64,000 nt of DNA from Camelus dromedarius (GCF_036321535.1 NC_087472.1:94800001-94864000), one strand, 5' to 3'. Positions 25,886-39,726 are shown, counted from the first letter of the stretch. Numbers and translations are program-made. Notes: a model not told the origin generated them from the sequence alone.

Positions 25886-27167
25886 CTGCTATTCACATCT
25901 TCTAGTGAGTTTTGTTTTTACTATTGTGTTTTTTTCCTCTGGATTATTTTATTTTCTCTCACCATTTCCTTTTCAACACTATGTTCATTTAATTCTGTTC
26001 CATTTTATCTACCAGTTAATTGAATAGTTTTAATTTGAAGGTAGCATAACTGTATGTGCATTTTTAATTACAATACAGCAGAGGGGAAAACAGCATAATT
26101 TTTAAAGTAATTATGGAAAATATCCATCTAGGGTGAAATATGGTATCAAAGATATATTATTTTCTATGAACAATAGTGAACTTAAGGAACTATTTTAATA
26201 TTTGTGATCATGAAAATTGAGCATTTTTTTGATCAGTAAATGATCTATGTTAATGGGACATCTAAAATATAATAAGAATTTTAAAATTATCAGCTCAGCT
26301 TAATTCCAAAAAATTAATACTTTCTATTTTTATATATATATAAAATACAATATGCCAGTTTTCATTTGGAAATTGTTATGTGATTGGGATTCTTTGTAGA
26401 ACCCAAAGCAGGTGCTGATAATGAAATCAGATGCTTCTGAGATTCTAATATGCATAGATCAGTGCTGATGAGAGCTGGCTGGCTATTTCTAATAGCTTCA
26501 TGACAAGAGAAATAATTGATGTTTATGCTTCAAATATAACTCATCAAACCCAGAAGATTTAAGATGCTGATAAAACCATCTGTCAACTTTATGTATTTAT
26601 TGGTAAAGAACATATTTTGTCTTTTTATTTTAACTATAATAATTTTAACATTTATATTAGGGAGAATGTAAAAGAACAGAAGGTACTGTTCACACTTCAG
26701 ATTTAGAAAGTAACCTAAACTAAAAGTAGAGCTATGTCAAACAAAACCTAGTCTACAGAGACCACAACTGGCTGACAGTGACAAGGAAGCAGACACTTGG
26801 ATGGGAAGAAGTTGGCTGGGAATAAAGCCAAAATACATGGTGTATGTTGTGAACAAATATATTTAATGAACAGGCTTCAGGTTGCAAAACTGAAAAAGGA
26901 CCCAGAATGAAAAACATCAATCACAATTTGTGCTTGGTCCCTTATACATGTAGATTAATGAAATCATATGAATAAGAATTAAAAGGAACCACTTTTGGAA
27001 AACATTTAAAGGAGGAGATCAGGATTATTCTTACTGAATATTTGAAAATGTTCAAGATGAAAAATATATTTTGTATCACCCTTGAACATGATCTGTTAGA
27101 CTAGTAGTTTTGTTTTTGGATAGACTTCAGTGGTATACAACAAAAATACCAAACATTATAGTGAAGG

Positions 27168-27565
27168 TGCTGGGGAGGAAGAAATTTTCCTCTACCTTTC
27201 TAGGTTTCTCTGGCTGGTCTAAGAATTAAATTAAGGTGATAGAGTAACAGGAGAAAATGAAACAAAAGATTAAAAACATTTACACATGGGAGAGACCCAG
27301 GAGAACTGAGTAACTCACCAAGATGGTTGAAACTCTGGCCTTAAATACCATCTTCAGCTAAAGAAAAAAAAAAGTATGTTGAGGGTAGTGGTTTGGAACT
27401 TCAGAGGGGAGGAAGGCAAATCACAGGGAGATGGAAAAGCAAAATGTTTGGTAAACAAATGTTTGCTGGGTGAGACAGAGACAATGGGACACAGAGTGGA
27501 CCCTGATCGCTAGATGCTACCTAGAGTTTCTCCCACCACACCTAGTCCATATTTTTTGCAGGTAT
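27168..27565 (-). mobile_element. MER34-group-like LTR, truncated by ERV insertion
   Basis: Reverse-complement match to 25322-25885 that stops at GCAGGTAT, where the proviral LTR begins. Confidence 0.8.
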
Positions 27566-28095
27566 TGTCACTGACATTCCCAAGTTGGTATCCAGCAAGG
27601 GCCCTCCTGCCCAGTGTTGCTCACACCAATAGAGTAAGGTGGAGTTCGGTTCAGAAGAAAAAGGAAGTTTCATTCTTTGATCAAAGAATGAAGAGGTGGG
27701 AGCTTGTGCTCCAGAGCATAGGCCCCATCCCAACCCCGCAAGCTGTGGGCAGGGAGGTGGGGGCGGGGCACAGGTGCAGGCGCAGGCGCAGGCGGAGGTT
27801 CGCTGCACTCCTTCCAGATGGCAATGCCTGGAGCAGCGTCTCTGCACACAGCCCGCCGCCGCCATCTTTAATTGCAGTGTTGGGCACTGTGCTCCTGTAT
27901 GAGGCAGCCACAACCATTTTGTGCAAGGAACGCTGATCTGAAGTGCCAGGTGCTCAGCCTCTGCCCATGGCACCCTGTGAGCCAGTGAAACTAGACTAAG
28001 CACAAAGGAAAAGGGAAAAAAAGGTTAGACTTTATTTTATTACCCAGATTTTATTTATATTTCCCAAGAATTGTTAATGGGCTTTGCCAGTGACA
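27566..28095 (-). repeat. 3' LTR of the provirus
   Basis: Terminal inverted repeats TGTCACTG...CAGTGACA, preceded on the minus strand by the polypurine tract AGAGGAGGGATT (28096-28107). Confidence 0.85.
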
Positions 28096-28559
28096 AATCC
28101 CTCCTCTGCCTTTCGTTCCCTCCTCATTCTCCAGGGGTACTGAAGGGTGCAGGTCTGTCTTCTGTGACTGCTTCCTGCTGAGTTTGGGCATCTTCGCAAC
28201 CTGGGGTAGAGGAGCAGAATTCCCCAGCTGCCTTTAGATATGTGCAATTGTCACCAGGCCTAACTATTTGTAGCCCTAAGCAACCTCCATTTGTCTAACC
28301 TTTTAGAGACAAAGGACACCAGACAATTTAAGATACACAGCCCAAATGTCAGCAAGAGAGTACTGGTCACATGTCAAATTTTTTCTAAAAATGAAGCTAT
28401 CTTGGTCTTTTGTCTGCAGGGAAGTGTGCCTTGACGTGGAGGCTCACTGCCGTGCGTGGCCTGAATCTCCCTGGTCACACTTCGGTTGTTTTTCAGAAAC
28501 TTCAGGTCAGAGAGAGGTTCACACGAGTAGTCAAGGGGGTCTGTTGCCCCAGGTTGGAG

Positions 28560-31109
28560 GTTAGGGCTCAGGAGCCCTCTTCACTCAAGTGCGATGACCC
28601 CACGGAGTGATCCCTGCAGCTTCAGGGCCGAGGGCTGGTTAGGATCACTGAGTGGGGTCCAGCCCCCTAAGGAGGGAGCTGGTCTTGCAGGCTGCTGACT
28701 TTCCAGGTTTTTTGGTGCGCACAGTCTCCTGCCTGGAAGAGGTGGAGGGCCAGGTCAGAAGGTGCAGGCAGCCCCCTGGTTACCATATTCCATGAGAGCT
28801 TTCATGGTTTCTCCTACCTGGAGGGCACACTTGAGTCGTTCCATTTTAAGGGGGTTAAGGTGTCCCTTCTCTCAGGCATGGGGAATGAGTCTGCCATACA
28901 TGAGTTCAAATGCGCTTTAATTTATCCCTTGCAGCTAACGGCATGTGGAGCAGGGCAGTTGGAGGAAACTTAATCCAATTATCTTGAGTTTCATGACCTA
29001 GCTTGGGTAAGGGCCATTTCAAGGTCTCTTTGGATCTCTCTACTTTCCCCAATAATTGGGGTCTTTAGACTTAGTGCGAGGTCCAATTTATGCCCAGGGC
29101 ACTCGTTATCCCCTTCATCACTGAGACACAAATACTGGACCATTATCACTTAGTAGAGATCCTGGGAGCCAAAACCTGGGGATTATTTCTTGGAGTAATG
29201 CTGTTACTTCAGTTCTAGCAGGGAGTGCTGCTTCTAACCACCCAGAAAACATGCCTACTAGCACCAAGAGATACCTGAAATTGTCTGGTACCCTTGGCAT
29301 GATAGTGAAATCAATCTGCCAGTCTTTTCCAGGATATGTCCCTCTGGTCTGAATGGGCTTTATCTGGGGGCCTCTGGGGTGTCTGGTGTTGGAGTTGTTC
29401 ATTGTACAGATGAGGCATGTCTCAACTGATTGAATATACTTTTCATGCCAGGAGTTGCCATGACCTCAACTAACTAGTTACATAGGGCTTCTCTCCCATA
29501 GTGAGCCTCCCTGATGACTTAGCAAATTACAGTTTGGGGAAAGAAGTATTGTCCACGTTCATTAACTAGCCACCCATGGCTTCCTAGAGCTCTACTAAAG
29601 CACCATTTTCTGGCTTTGTCTAATTCTTCCTTTGTATAGACTGGGCAGTAATTGGATTTGGCCTCTTAGGTATGAGGATAATTGTTAAGTTACTAATTTT
29701 ATGGCCACCCTTTTGGCAGTTGCATCCACCTTGTTGTTTCCCTTTATTACCTCTGCACTCCCCTTCTGGTGACCCCTACAGTGAATCACTGCCACCTTTT
29801 TTGGAAGCTGTACTGCTTCTAAGTGCGTCAGTGTGCTTAAGCCATGTTTTACCTACCTGTTCTCCACAGTAAGCATACCTTTTTCCTTCCAAATAGCCCT
29901 GTGAGTGTGTGTGTAGGATGGCATACGCATACCAAAAATCTGTGTAAACAGTTAAGATTTTCCCTCTCCCAAGCACTAAAACTCAGTTGAGGGCTGCCAG
30001 CTCCACCTTTTGGGCAGAAATCCCTAGCCATAGGCTTCATGCCTCTATGACTTGGGTCTGGGAGCTCACTGTGTATCCCACCAGCTTTTTCCCCTCTTTC
30101 ATCAAATTCGTCCTGTCTGTGAAGTATTCCTCTTCGGTATTTGGGAGAGGCTCTCTTCCTAGGTCATGGCTATTGGAATAGATCATGTCTATGGTTTCTA
30201 TACAATCATGCTCCAGGGGCCCAGTTTCTGTGGATAGCAAGGTGGCAGGATTTAGCCTGTGACAGGTTTTTATGGTAGCCTTTGGCTTGTGTAAAAGCAT
30301 AGCCTGAACTTGAGTCAACATTCTGGGGGACAGCCATTCTGTTCCCTTAGAATTTACTAAAGCCTGAACCTAATGTGGAGTCCATATAGTGATTGGCTGA
30401 CCAAACATTAACTTTTCAGCTTGCTTTAGCAGGAGTGTGGTAGCTGCTACTGCCCGTAGGCCAGGAGGCCATCCCTTAGCGATTTGATTTAATTATTTAG
30501 AGAAATAAACCACCACCCAATTAAGGAGTCCCAGTTTTTGAGCTAATATCCCAAGAGTGATTCCCCTTCTCTCATGAATGTAAAGGTCAAAGGATTTAGC
30601 TAAATCTAGGAGGGCTGGGGCAGGAGTCTGAAGTAATTGCTTTTTCACTTCTTGAAAGGCCCCTTCACATTCTGAATTCCATGCAAAAAGATCATCATCC
30701 TTTCCTTTCAACTTTTCATATACAGGCCCAGCTATTAGACTGTAGTAAGGGATCCAGATGTGGCAAAAGCTGGCCATTCCCAGGAAACCCTTAAGCTTTC
30801 TTCTGGTTTTCGAGGGGGCAAGGATGCAAATGGCTTCTTTCCTGGGGCAGGCTTCTCTGACCTGTTTGAATGAAGCCGAGGAAGTTCACCCTGCTTTGTG
30901 ATATTTGAGCCCTTTTCTTGGATACTCTATCCTTCATCAGCTGGGTGGTTCAGGGTGGTTACAATATTTTTGTCAGAAGCATCCTTCATAGGGCTGGTGA
31001 TCAGAATGTCATCTACATACGAGAGGAGGATTCTTTTAGGTCTTTAGCTAAAATTTCCCCAAAGATTTGGGGGGGGGGGGTTGAACACTTGGAGCAGGAC
31101 TATCCAGCA
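28560..31109 (-). pseudogene. ERV pol 3' part (RT C-terminal half, RNase H, integrase), disrupted
   Basis: YVDD at 31008-31019, the ASFCHIWIPYYSLIAGP thumb, LNPATLL, and integrase PGKDWQIDFT and SDNGPVF. Many stops and frameshifts, including a G-run at 31068-31080. Confidence 0.9.
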
Positions 31110-31114
31110 GTATT

Positions 31115-31562
31115 TTTTTTTAACTGAAGTATAGTTGATTTACAACATTTTGTTAAGGTCAGTTGTACAGCGCGGTGATTCAGTTATTTTGCAGATTATA
31201 TTCCATTACAGGTGATTACAATATATTGGGTAAATTCCCTGTGCTATATAGTAAATCCTTGTTGCTTATTTATTTTATATATAGTACTTTGTGTTTGTTA
31301 ATCCCATGCTCCTCATTTGTCACTCTCCCACTCCCTCTCCCCTTTGATAACCAAAAGTTTGTTTCCTATGTGTGAGTCTGCTTCTGTTTTGTATATACAT
31401 TCATTTGTATTATGTTTTAGATTCCACATATGAGTGATAGCATGTAGTAATGTTCTTTCTTTGTCTGACTTACTTCACTGAGCATACTATTCTCTAGGTC
31501 CATACATGTTGCTGCAAATGGCAGTATTTCATACTTTTTTTTAAGGCTGAGTGATATTCCAT

Positions 31563-31621
<59 letters not shown>

Positions 31622-34600
31622 TCCATATGTATGTGTCCATATATATATCACATCTTATATGTCACATCTATATATATATGTGTGTGTGTATATATATATA
31701 TCACATCTTTATCTAATTATCTGTCAATCGGCACTTGAGTTGTTTCTACATCTTGGCTATTGTAAATAGTACTGCTGTGAACATTGGGGTGCATGTATTT
31801 TTTCAAATTAGAGTTTTCATTTCTCCAGTTATATACCTGGGAATAGAATTGCTAAATCATATGGTAGCTCTATTTTTAGTTTTTTAAGGAACCTGCATAT
31901 TGTTTTCCACAGTGACTGCACCAGTTTACATTCCCACCAACAGCGTACAAGGGTTCCCTTTTCTCCACACCATCTCCAACATTTATTATTTGTAGGCTTT
32001 TTGACCATAGCCATTCTGAGTGGTGTGAGGTGATATCTCATTGTGGTTTTGATTTGCATTTCTCTAATAATTAGCAATATTGGTCTCCTTTTCATGTGCC
32101 TGTTGGCCATTTGTATGTCTTCTTTGGAGAAATGTCTATTCAAGTCTTCTGCCCATTTTTTAATTTTTTTTAAATATAGAATTATGTGAGCTCTTTGTAT
32201 CATTTTGAAATTAACTTGTTTTTGGTCGCATTGTTCGCAAATATTTTCTCCCATTCTGTAGGTTGTCTTTTTGTTTTGTTTATAGTTTCCTTTGCTGTGT
32301 AAAAGGTTTTAAGTTTGATTAGGTCCCATTTGTTTATTTTTGCTTTTATATCTTTTGTCTTGTGAGACCAATCTAAGAAAATATTGCTACAATCTATGTC
32401 AAAGAATGTTTCACCTATGTTCTCTTCTAGGAGTTTTATGGTGTTTTGTCTTATGTTTAGGTCTTTAAACCATTTTGAGTTAATTTTTGTGTATGGTATA
32501 AGGGAGCATTCTAACTACATTGATTTATATGCCACTGTCCAGCTTTCCCAACACCACTTGTTGAAGAGACTATCTTTTCTCCATTGTATATTCTTGCCTC
32601 CTTTGTCATAGATTAATTGACTATTAGTGTGTGGGTTTATTTCTGGGCTATGTATTCCATTCCATTGATATATGTGTCTGTTTTCTGTGTTCATACAACA
32701 CTATTTTGATTATTGTTGCTTTGCAGTATAATCTGAAGTCTGGAAGGGTTATATGTCCAACTTTGTTCTTTTTTCTCAGGATTGCATTGGCAATTCTGGA
32801 TGTTCTGTGTTTCCATATAAATTTTAGGACTACTTGTTCTTGTTCTGTGAAAAATGCCATAGATATTTTGATAGAGATTGCATTAAAACTGTAGATTGCC
32901 TTGTGTAGTATGGACATTTTAACAATGTTAATTTTTCTAACCCAAGAACATGGGATATCTTTCCATTTTTTAAAAATCATCTTCAATCTTCAGTTTGCTT
33001 TGTCAGTGAGTTATATTATAGACCTTATAGACCTATAAGCATATAGGGCTTTCACCTCCTTGGTTAAGTTTATTCCTAGGTGTTTTATTTTATTTTTGAT
33101 GCAATTAAAATTCTTTTTTTTACTTTCTCTTCCTGATATTTCATTATTAGTGTATAGAAACACAACAGATTTCTGTATATTAACCTTGTATCCTGCTACC
33201 TTGCTGAAATCATTTATTAGTTACAATTTTTGTGTGAAGACTTTCGGGTTCTCTATATGCAGTATCACATCATCTGCAAATAGTGACAGTTTTACCTGTT
33301 CCGTTCCAGTATGGATCCCTTTTATTTCTTTTTCTTGTCTGTGGCCAGGACTTCCAACATTATATTAAGTAGAAGCAGTGAAAGTGGGCATCCTTGTCTT
33401 ATTCTTGAATTTAGTGGGAAGGCTTTCACCTTTTCACCATCGAGTGTTACATTGTCAGTGGGTTTGTTGTAAATGGCCTTTGTTATGTTGAGATATGTTC
33501 CCTCTATACCCACTTTGATGACAGTTTTTGTCATGAATGAATGCTGAATTTTGTCAAATGCTTTTTCTGCATCTATTGAGATGATCGTTTGGTTTTCGTC
33601 TTTCCTTTTGTTAATGTGGTGTATCACATTGATTGATTTATGTACATTGAACTATTCTTCTGACCCTGGAGTGGTGTGTGATCCTTTCTAGATATTGTTG
33701 GATTTTATTTCTTTTATTTATTTCTGTAGTTCTTCTTCGTTCATTGCTTCTTTTTGTTTTTCCTTATGTGGTTTAATAATTTCCTTTTGTAGTATGCTTA
33801 AGTTCCTTTCTTTTTGGTGTTTGTGATCCTATTGTGTATATTTGATTTTTGGTTACCATGGAGTTTAAGTATGTTGACCCATAGCTATATCTACTTGCTT
33901 TAAACTGATAGTCATTCAAGTTCAAACACATTCTAAAGAATTACATTTTTATACTCCCCTCCTGCACATTTTATGATTTTAATGTCCTATGTTACATCTT
34001 AATGCTTATCCTTTTACTGATAATTATAGTTATAATCGCTTTTACAATTTTTGAATTGTTTTTAAATCTATATATTGCTTTATTTAAGTGATCTTCAATT
34101 CTTTTATATATTTGCCTTTCCTGTTGTGATTTTCCCTTTGCTATAGATTCTTGCCTTTTTTTTTTTCTATTCAGAGAAGACCCTTTAATATTTCTTTTAG
34201 GATAGGTTTAGTATTGCTGAATTCTTTCAGTTTTTGCTCGTCTGAAAAATTCTTTATCTCTGCTTCCATTCTAAATGATAATCTTGGTGAGTAGAGTATC
34301 CTGGATTAGGCTTTTCCCTTTTAGGACTTCGAATATATCATGTCACTCCTTTCGGGCCTGCAAAGTTTCTGCAGAGAAATCTTCAACGTTATGGGGGTTC
34401 CCTTGTAATTGAATCTTTGTTTTTCTCTTGCTTGCTTTAGAATCCTCTCTTTATCTTAATTTTGACATTTTAATTTCGATATGACTTGGTGTGAGTCTGT
34501 TCTGGTTCATCTTGTTTCGGACGTTCTCTTCTTGCTGTACCTGGATATCTGTTTCCTTCTTTACGTTTGGGAAGTTTTCAGCCATAATTTTTTTCAAATA

Positions 34601-35667
34601 CATTTTTAATCCCCTTCTCTCTCATTTCTTCTCTGGAACCCCTATTATGTGTAGATTGTCATATTTTATATTATCCCATAGATCTCATATGTTGCTTTCA
34701 TTTCTTTTCATTTGTTTTTCTGTCTCCTGTTCTGATTGGGTGATTTTCGTTATTATATCTTCCAAATTACTTATTCATTCTTCTGCATTATTTATTCTGG
34801 TATTCATTGCTTTTAGCTCAGTTTTTATCTTGGCAGTTGAATTGTCTAATTTTGGTTTGTTCCTCTTTGTATTTTCTAGTTCCTTGTTACAGTGATCTAC
34901 ATTTCTACTGATAATCTTAATTCTTTAGCATTTTTATTATCTCCTTTTTGAACCCTTGGTCTGATAGCCTAGAAAGGTCTGTTTCATTGTTTGTTCTTTC
35001 AGGGAATTCCTTTTGTTCTTGAATAGTTCCTCTGATTTTTCATTTTACTAAACTTTCTCTGACTGTATGAATTTGAAAGAAACAATGTCCCCTGCTGCCC
35101 CACCCAGACCAGGCCCCTGTGCTGTCTCTCCATAGCTAGACAGATTCTCTTCCCAGGGCCTGGTTGACCCATATCCCATGACAAGCTGTTTTGAGGAATG
35201 AACAGATCTAGGATGTTCTCCCTGCTTGGAGTGGGGACTACAACAAGGTGGCAGCCACCAGTGAGGAGCTCTCTCTGCCCTGATCATTAGCAAGCCAGCA
35301 CACACATACTCCTTGTCAACAGAGTCTAGGTTTCTCCATCCCTTCCATCTATCTTAGTGGATTTCCCAGCAGCCAAGGTGGTTTGTCTCCTCTGCTTAGG
35401 ATGCCCAATCTGACTTGACCCACTCACTCCCCAGGGTGAGTGTCTACCTGTGTGGATCTTCTCTTCCTTTCAGATCCCTCCCAGGAGTGGAGGCCCTTTT
35501 CCTGTCTTACCTGGTTATGTGGAAATCTTTCTTGCAGCTTTGGTTATATAGGAGTTCTGCCAGTTTCCAGTTAGTTTTCTGTGAACATGTAGATATACTT
35601 TTTATATATTTGTAAGGAGAGGTGAGCTCCACAGTTTCCTACTCTGCCATCTTGATCTGATCTCTCT
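31115..35667 (-). mobile_element. L1 with both termini but an internal ORF2 deletion, inserted in the ERV RT domain
   Basis: 5' end GATCAAGATGGCAGAG, ORF1 remnant ~35043-34171 (ends KGLL*), ORF2 RT-to-C-terminus pieces ([31 protein letters not shown]), 3' UTR and A-tail. Short TSD GTATT at 31110-31114 and 35668-35672. Confidence 0.9.
31563..31700. repeat. (TG)n(TA)n compound microsatellite within L1
   Basis: Directly visible. Confidence 0.9.
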
Positions 35668-36530
35668 GTATTGTTGTTTTTGTTGTGTGTTTGGGTCCTC
35701 TAACTCACAAGCAAAAATTTCTTGTGACTCTGGAGCTAATGGGATACAGAAGAAGGTATATTTTAAATCTAATACAGAGTGCCAGGTCCTGGTGGACAGC
35801 AGAGCAGCTACCATGGTGTAGGGATTAGGGACTACTGGATGTATATCCTTGGTGTCTTCATTGACTGCCCTGAGGTCCTGTAGCATCTGGTATTCCTCAC
35901 TGGATTTCTTTATGGGGAAAATAGAGGTATTACAGGCTGATTATAATGGTCTAATAAGGTCCTGGTCAGTTAGGCCCTGTATAACAGGGGCAGTGCCCAG
36001 CAAGGCCTCCCAAAGAAGAGGATACTGTTTTCTATTGGGCTATATATGTCCAAGTTTTAGATGCACTATCATGAGACTGGCTCCTATAGCTCATCCCACC
36101 TGTCTCTGGGCCCAGACATTGAGATTTACTCCAAAGAGATCAACTTGCTCTGTACAGGGAAGTTTGTCCTCAGTAATTAAAATAATCATCTTAGGTCCTT
36201 TGTCTAAGGGGACACCAGTCTCCAATTTGTCTCACATTAGGTGAGTAGTAGCCCCCAGTTTATGTAAGATATCTCTTCCTAGCAGGGGTATTGATCATTC
36301 GGGGACATATAGGAAGAAATGGGTGAGCATGTGTTCATCCAATTTTCATTCTAATGGCTCTGTGCATGCCTATTCTTGGGTCTTCCCTGATACCTTCGTA
36401 ATTTTACAACTCATGTGACTAAGGTTGCCTGATCTGGTGCTTAGAACTAAGTAAGTGGCAGTGGTGTCGACTAAGAGTTTGGTAGGCTTTCCCCCTATGT
36501 TCAATGTCAGGCCAGGGCTCCTTGGGGGAT
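35668..36530 (-). pseudogene. ERV protease and RT N-terminal half, disrupted
   Basis: LLVDTTATY (decayed DTG motif, ~36450-36480) and QDLRAVNE...HPVVPNPY...VLDLKYTFFCIPL. Confidence 0.88.
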
Positions 36531-36569
36531 CATTGGGGTGTCAGCTTAGGAACCCCCTACCCCTGTCAT

Positions 36570-38412
36570 TCTTCACCTATTTGGACCATCTGCCTTCGAG
36601 GGTGGTGGCCAGGATATGCCATTTCCATCTCCCTTCAGGGGTGGCGAGGGCATTTTCTCTTACAATGTCCCTCTTGTTTACATATGGTGCACTGATTGGG
36701 TCCTAGTTTCTTTGGCTTGTTATCCCTCGGTGTAGACCCAGGGTCACTCACCTGAGTCGAGTGTCTCCAAAGGTGGTTAGTCCAGGTTCCTATGCTGACA
36801 AGTTGACATTCAAGGACAACAGCCAGTAGGTGGATTTGCCTCTGGGCCTTTTTGTCCTCCTGTTGCCGAGTCCAAACTCGTTCTGCTTGCCACACGACAG
36901 GGCACTAAATCAGGAGACGAGGTGTTGGGGCAAGGAATAGCGACTTTATTCAGAAAGCTGGCAGACGGAGAGGATGGCAGACTAATGTCTTGGAGAACCA
37001 TCCTGCTCAAGTCAGAATACAGGCTCCTTTTATACAAAAAGTAAGGGAGGGTGAAGGAGAATAAGGGAGGGGGTGTGGTTGATTGTAATCTTCTTGCTGC
37101 AGGCATTCTTTGTTCTTGCCGCCATCACCATCACCATGGCCTACATCATGGTGTCCCTGTAAACCTCCAACAAAACAAAGGTTATTCTCTACTACACTCT
37201 GACATTTCTCCCTCTGTATCTCAGTTATTAAACACCCAGTAGGCAATCTCGACCTGGTGAGAGGTAGGGGTATGTGATTCTATTTCCAGTTTCTGAAGTT
37301 TACACCTAATGTTGGGGGCACTTTGGGAAATGAGTACAACCTCAGGATTGCATTCCCTTGCAATTACTCAGGGTCAGTTATAGTGTGGATTTAGAGGCAT
37401 CCCCTGAGGCATGCTAGGAATGCCAAAGGGTTTTCTGTCGGCTCCTGATTGATTTCCTTTCATATTTCAATTGACAGATTTCTTCCTGCAGCCTGGATTC
37501 CCTTTAGGATTATAATGGGCCAGCCTCTGTCTTCTACCTCCTTCTCCATTGTCTTGCTGGTCCCTATTGGGTCCATTATTTGGGATTGCTTGATTCTCTG
37601 CTCTGAAAATAGCATAACCTGCATTGTTTCTGTTCTATTCTCTTTATCTGCTTCCTGTCGGGCTTTTAAAAAGTCTGTGACCTTTTTTTCCCCTGTTAGG
37701 AGTACGTTGAAGAAGCTCTGGATGTCAGTTCAGGTGGGGTCATGGATCTGAAAGATTCCCCTACTCAGATTCAGGAATCCCTCTGGGTCTTCCCTCAACC
37801 CCTTACTATGACTTTTCTAGTTACATAGATCAAAAGTGGTAAGTGGGACATGTACCTGGATAAGTCCAAAGAGAGTACTCTTCCTGGTGGGCTATTGGAC
37901 CCTGGCTAGTAATGATTTCCAATTCATGTATGTGCTGGACTGGGTCCTGGGTGATGGGGCTGGTATGGAGGGGGGCCCGTGAGCCTGTGGCCCAAACCGG
38001 GATATATAAAGGAAGGGGATAGGGAGGGAGCAGTAAGGGGAGGGCTAGGGAAGAGATTAAGGTGGTCCTCACAGGGAGGGTCAAGGACTGATTACTACCT
38101 CACTGGAGGAGAGCCCACAACCCTTTTAGAGACATATTTTCTGATATAAGGTCGTAAAAAACTGGACATAAGGAGTGTCATTCAATTTCTTTTGTCTCTG
38201 GTGTAGCAGATCCAATTGTAAAATAGTGTTCTAATGAAAAGACCCATTGATGGGCCAGCTTTCCCCATCTCCCAGCTGGTATTTGAGCCAGGCTGTATTG
38301 CATAAAAAGATTAAATATTTGGGGGCCAGGGAATAAACCCAAAAAACTTCCAGTTCTGCAGGATGCACCCTAATGGGCTGTCCTTAGGTATGGTGGATGT
38401 TTGGTTCCCTAT
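36570..38412 (-). pseudogene. ERV gag, disrupted
   Basis: N-terminus (ATA replacing ATG at 38412) GNQTSTIPKDSPLGCILQNW, and CCHC knuckle NQCTICKQEGHCKRKCP at ~36640-36697. Confidence 0.85.
36861..37232 (-). mobile_element. Unrelated ERV1 LTR (truncated) inserted in gag
   Basis: TGTTGCCGAGTCCAAACTCG...GACTTTATT (antisense AATAAA)...CTTTTATAC (antisense TATA box). It interrupts gag and no TSD was resolved. Confidence 0.7.
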
Positions 38413-39726
38413 ACTTTAGATGTTCTGTTTTAAATTTGTTTCCAACTACCAAGGGGGGCAGTTGGAGTGATTGGTTGGCACACAAATATTTGGCCCAAAT
38501 AAGATTTCTGGTTCAAGAAATTTGGAACCAGCACCAAACTGTTAATGAAGTCCACAAAAGACCAAAATAGGAGGCATTCAAATAGCGTGAATGCTGGTAT
38601 AACTGGGAGTCCCCCTTGAATTTGTAATGGCCTATGCTTGAGATAGTTAGTCCCTCCTCAGTCAAAATATCCCACTGGAAGTTAGATGGGACTGCCTCTG
38701 GGTCAGAGTGGCTTAGCCACATTAGTTCCTGACCAACTTGGTCCATTGGAGAGTGGCACAGCTGTCTGAGATGGGGGTCTTCTCCTTCCTCCTTTTGGCC
38801 AGAAAGGAAGAGCTTTTAGACTTCACACCAGATGAGAGATAAAAGCATAAGGAATTCCCACAGGGTGCTCACCAGATAAGAAATCACCCAAGGTTCACCT
38901 CACAAGCAGGGGAGGGGAGGCAAGGTCAGGCAGTGGGTATCTCCTGTTCTCACCAGCAGCTCACAGGGCTTCCTGATAATGGGGTTTCTGGTCTTGTGAG
39001 CAGCTCACAGGGCTCCCTGGCCCACTTCAAAGAAACTAATGTTGACCAGAAGAGGTTAAGTCACCATTTGCATTGGGACCCTTTCACAACTGAGTGTCCC
39101 TGGTGCCTTTTCTTGATCCCATATTAAGCATCCTCATTCCGTTTTGTCAGATGGACCTTATTACCTGGGCCTTTTCCTGATCTTGCCCCTTGGCTCACAG
39201 AGCTGGCCACTTTCCTTTACCAAACTGAAAGTGGCTATGGAGAATGCTACTGTTGACCCCTGAGGTCAGTGAGGAGGGCAAAAAGCCCTAGTGTGGCCAC
39301 TACTGCCTAGGGTAGGGGTCATGAGGACAGCACTACTGGTGGGATAGCAGACAAAACTGCCGTGGCTCCCTCCTGTCCACAGGTCTCCGCTGTCCCTGGG
39401 CGTCTGGTACCTTGGGAAGGCCAGCCGGAGGCAGCAGGCAGGTACACATGAGTTTCAGTCTTTGATCCTCAGTGATGCCACAGCATGACTACTAGGGGGG
39501 CTAGATTACTCTGGGGGCTATGTTGTGTGCACACCACACTCAGTATCAGGTTGCTGGGCAGAGTTGCTCTGATTTAGCTGAAGGCTGCCACCGTTCTACC
39601 TCGTCAGAGTGTACTGAAAGATCAGAGTCAGTCATCCTCATGAGAACTTCCCAAAGCCTCCGCTGTCTTCCTACTGGAGCCGGGTGAGCCTGGCGTGGAT
39701 AGGTACAGGCAAAAAGGCCATGTTCA

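Noticed and set aside
26215..26530. Faint piggyBac-transposase-like motifs
   Set aside because: The resemblance is too weak and interrupted by stops, so the region is kept only as unassigned.
27514..28003. Overlapping 140-aa and 153-aa ORFs with poly-Arg or ACACAC runs
   Set aside because: They lie inside the GC-rich ERV LTR, and the low-complexity runs come from the GCAGGC mini-array.
28108..28560. Intact or co-opted env (syncytin-like) gene
   Set aside because: Only about 450 bp lie between the integrase end and the PPT, and there is no env-like ORF on the minus strand.
31829..34895. Several ORFs of 75-141 aa
   Set aside because: Fragments of L1 ORF2 or antisense L1 frames, not host genes.
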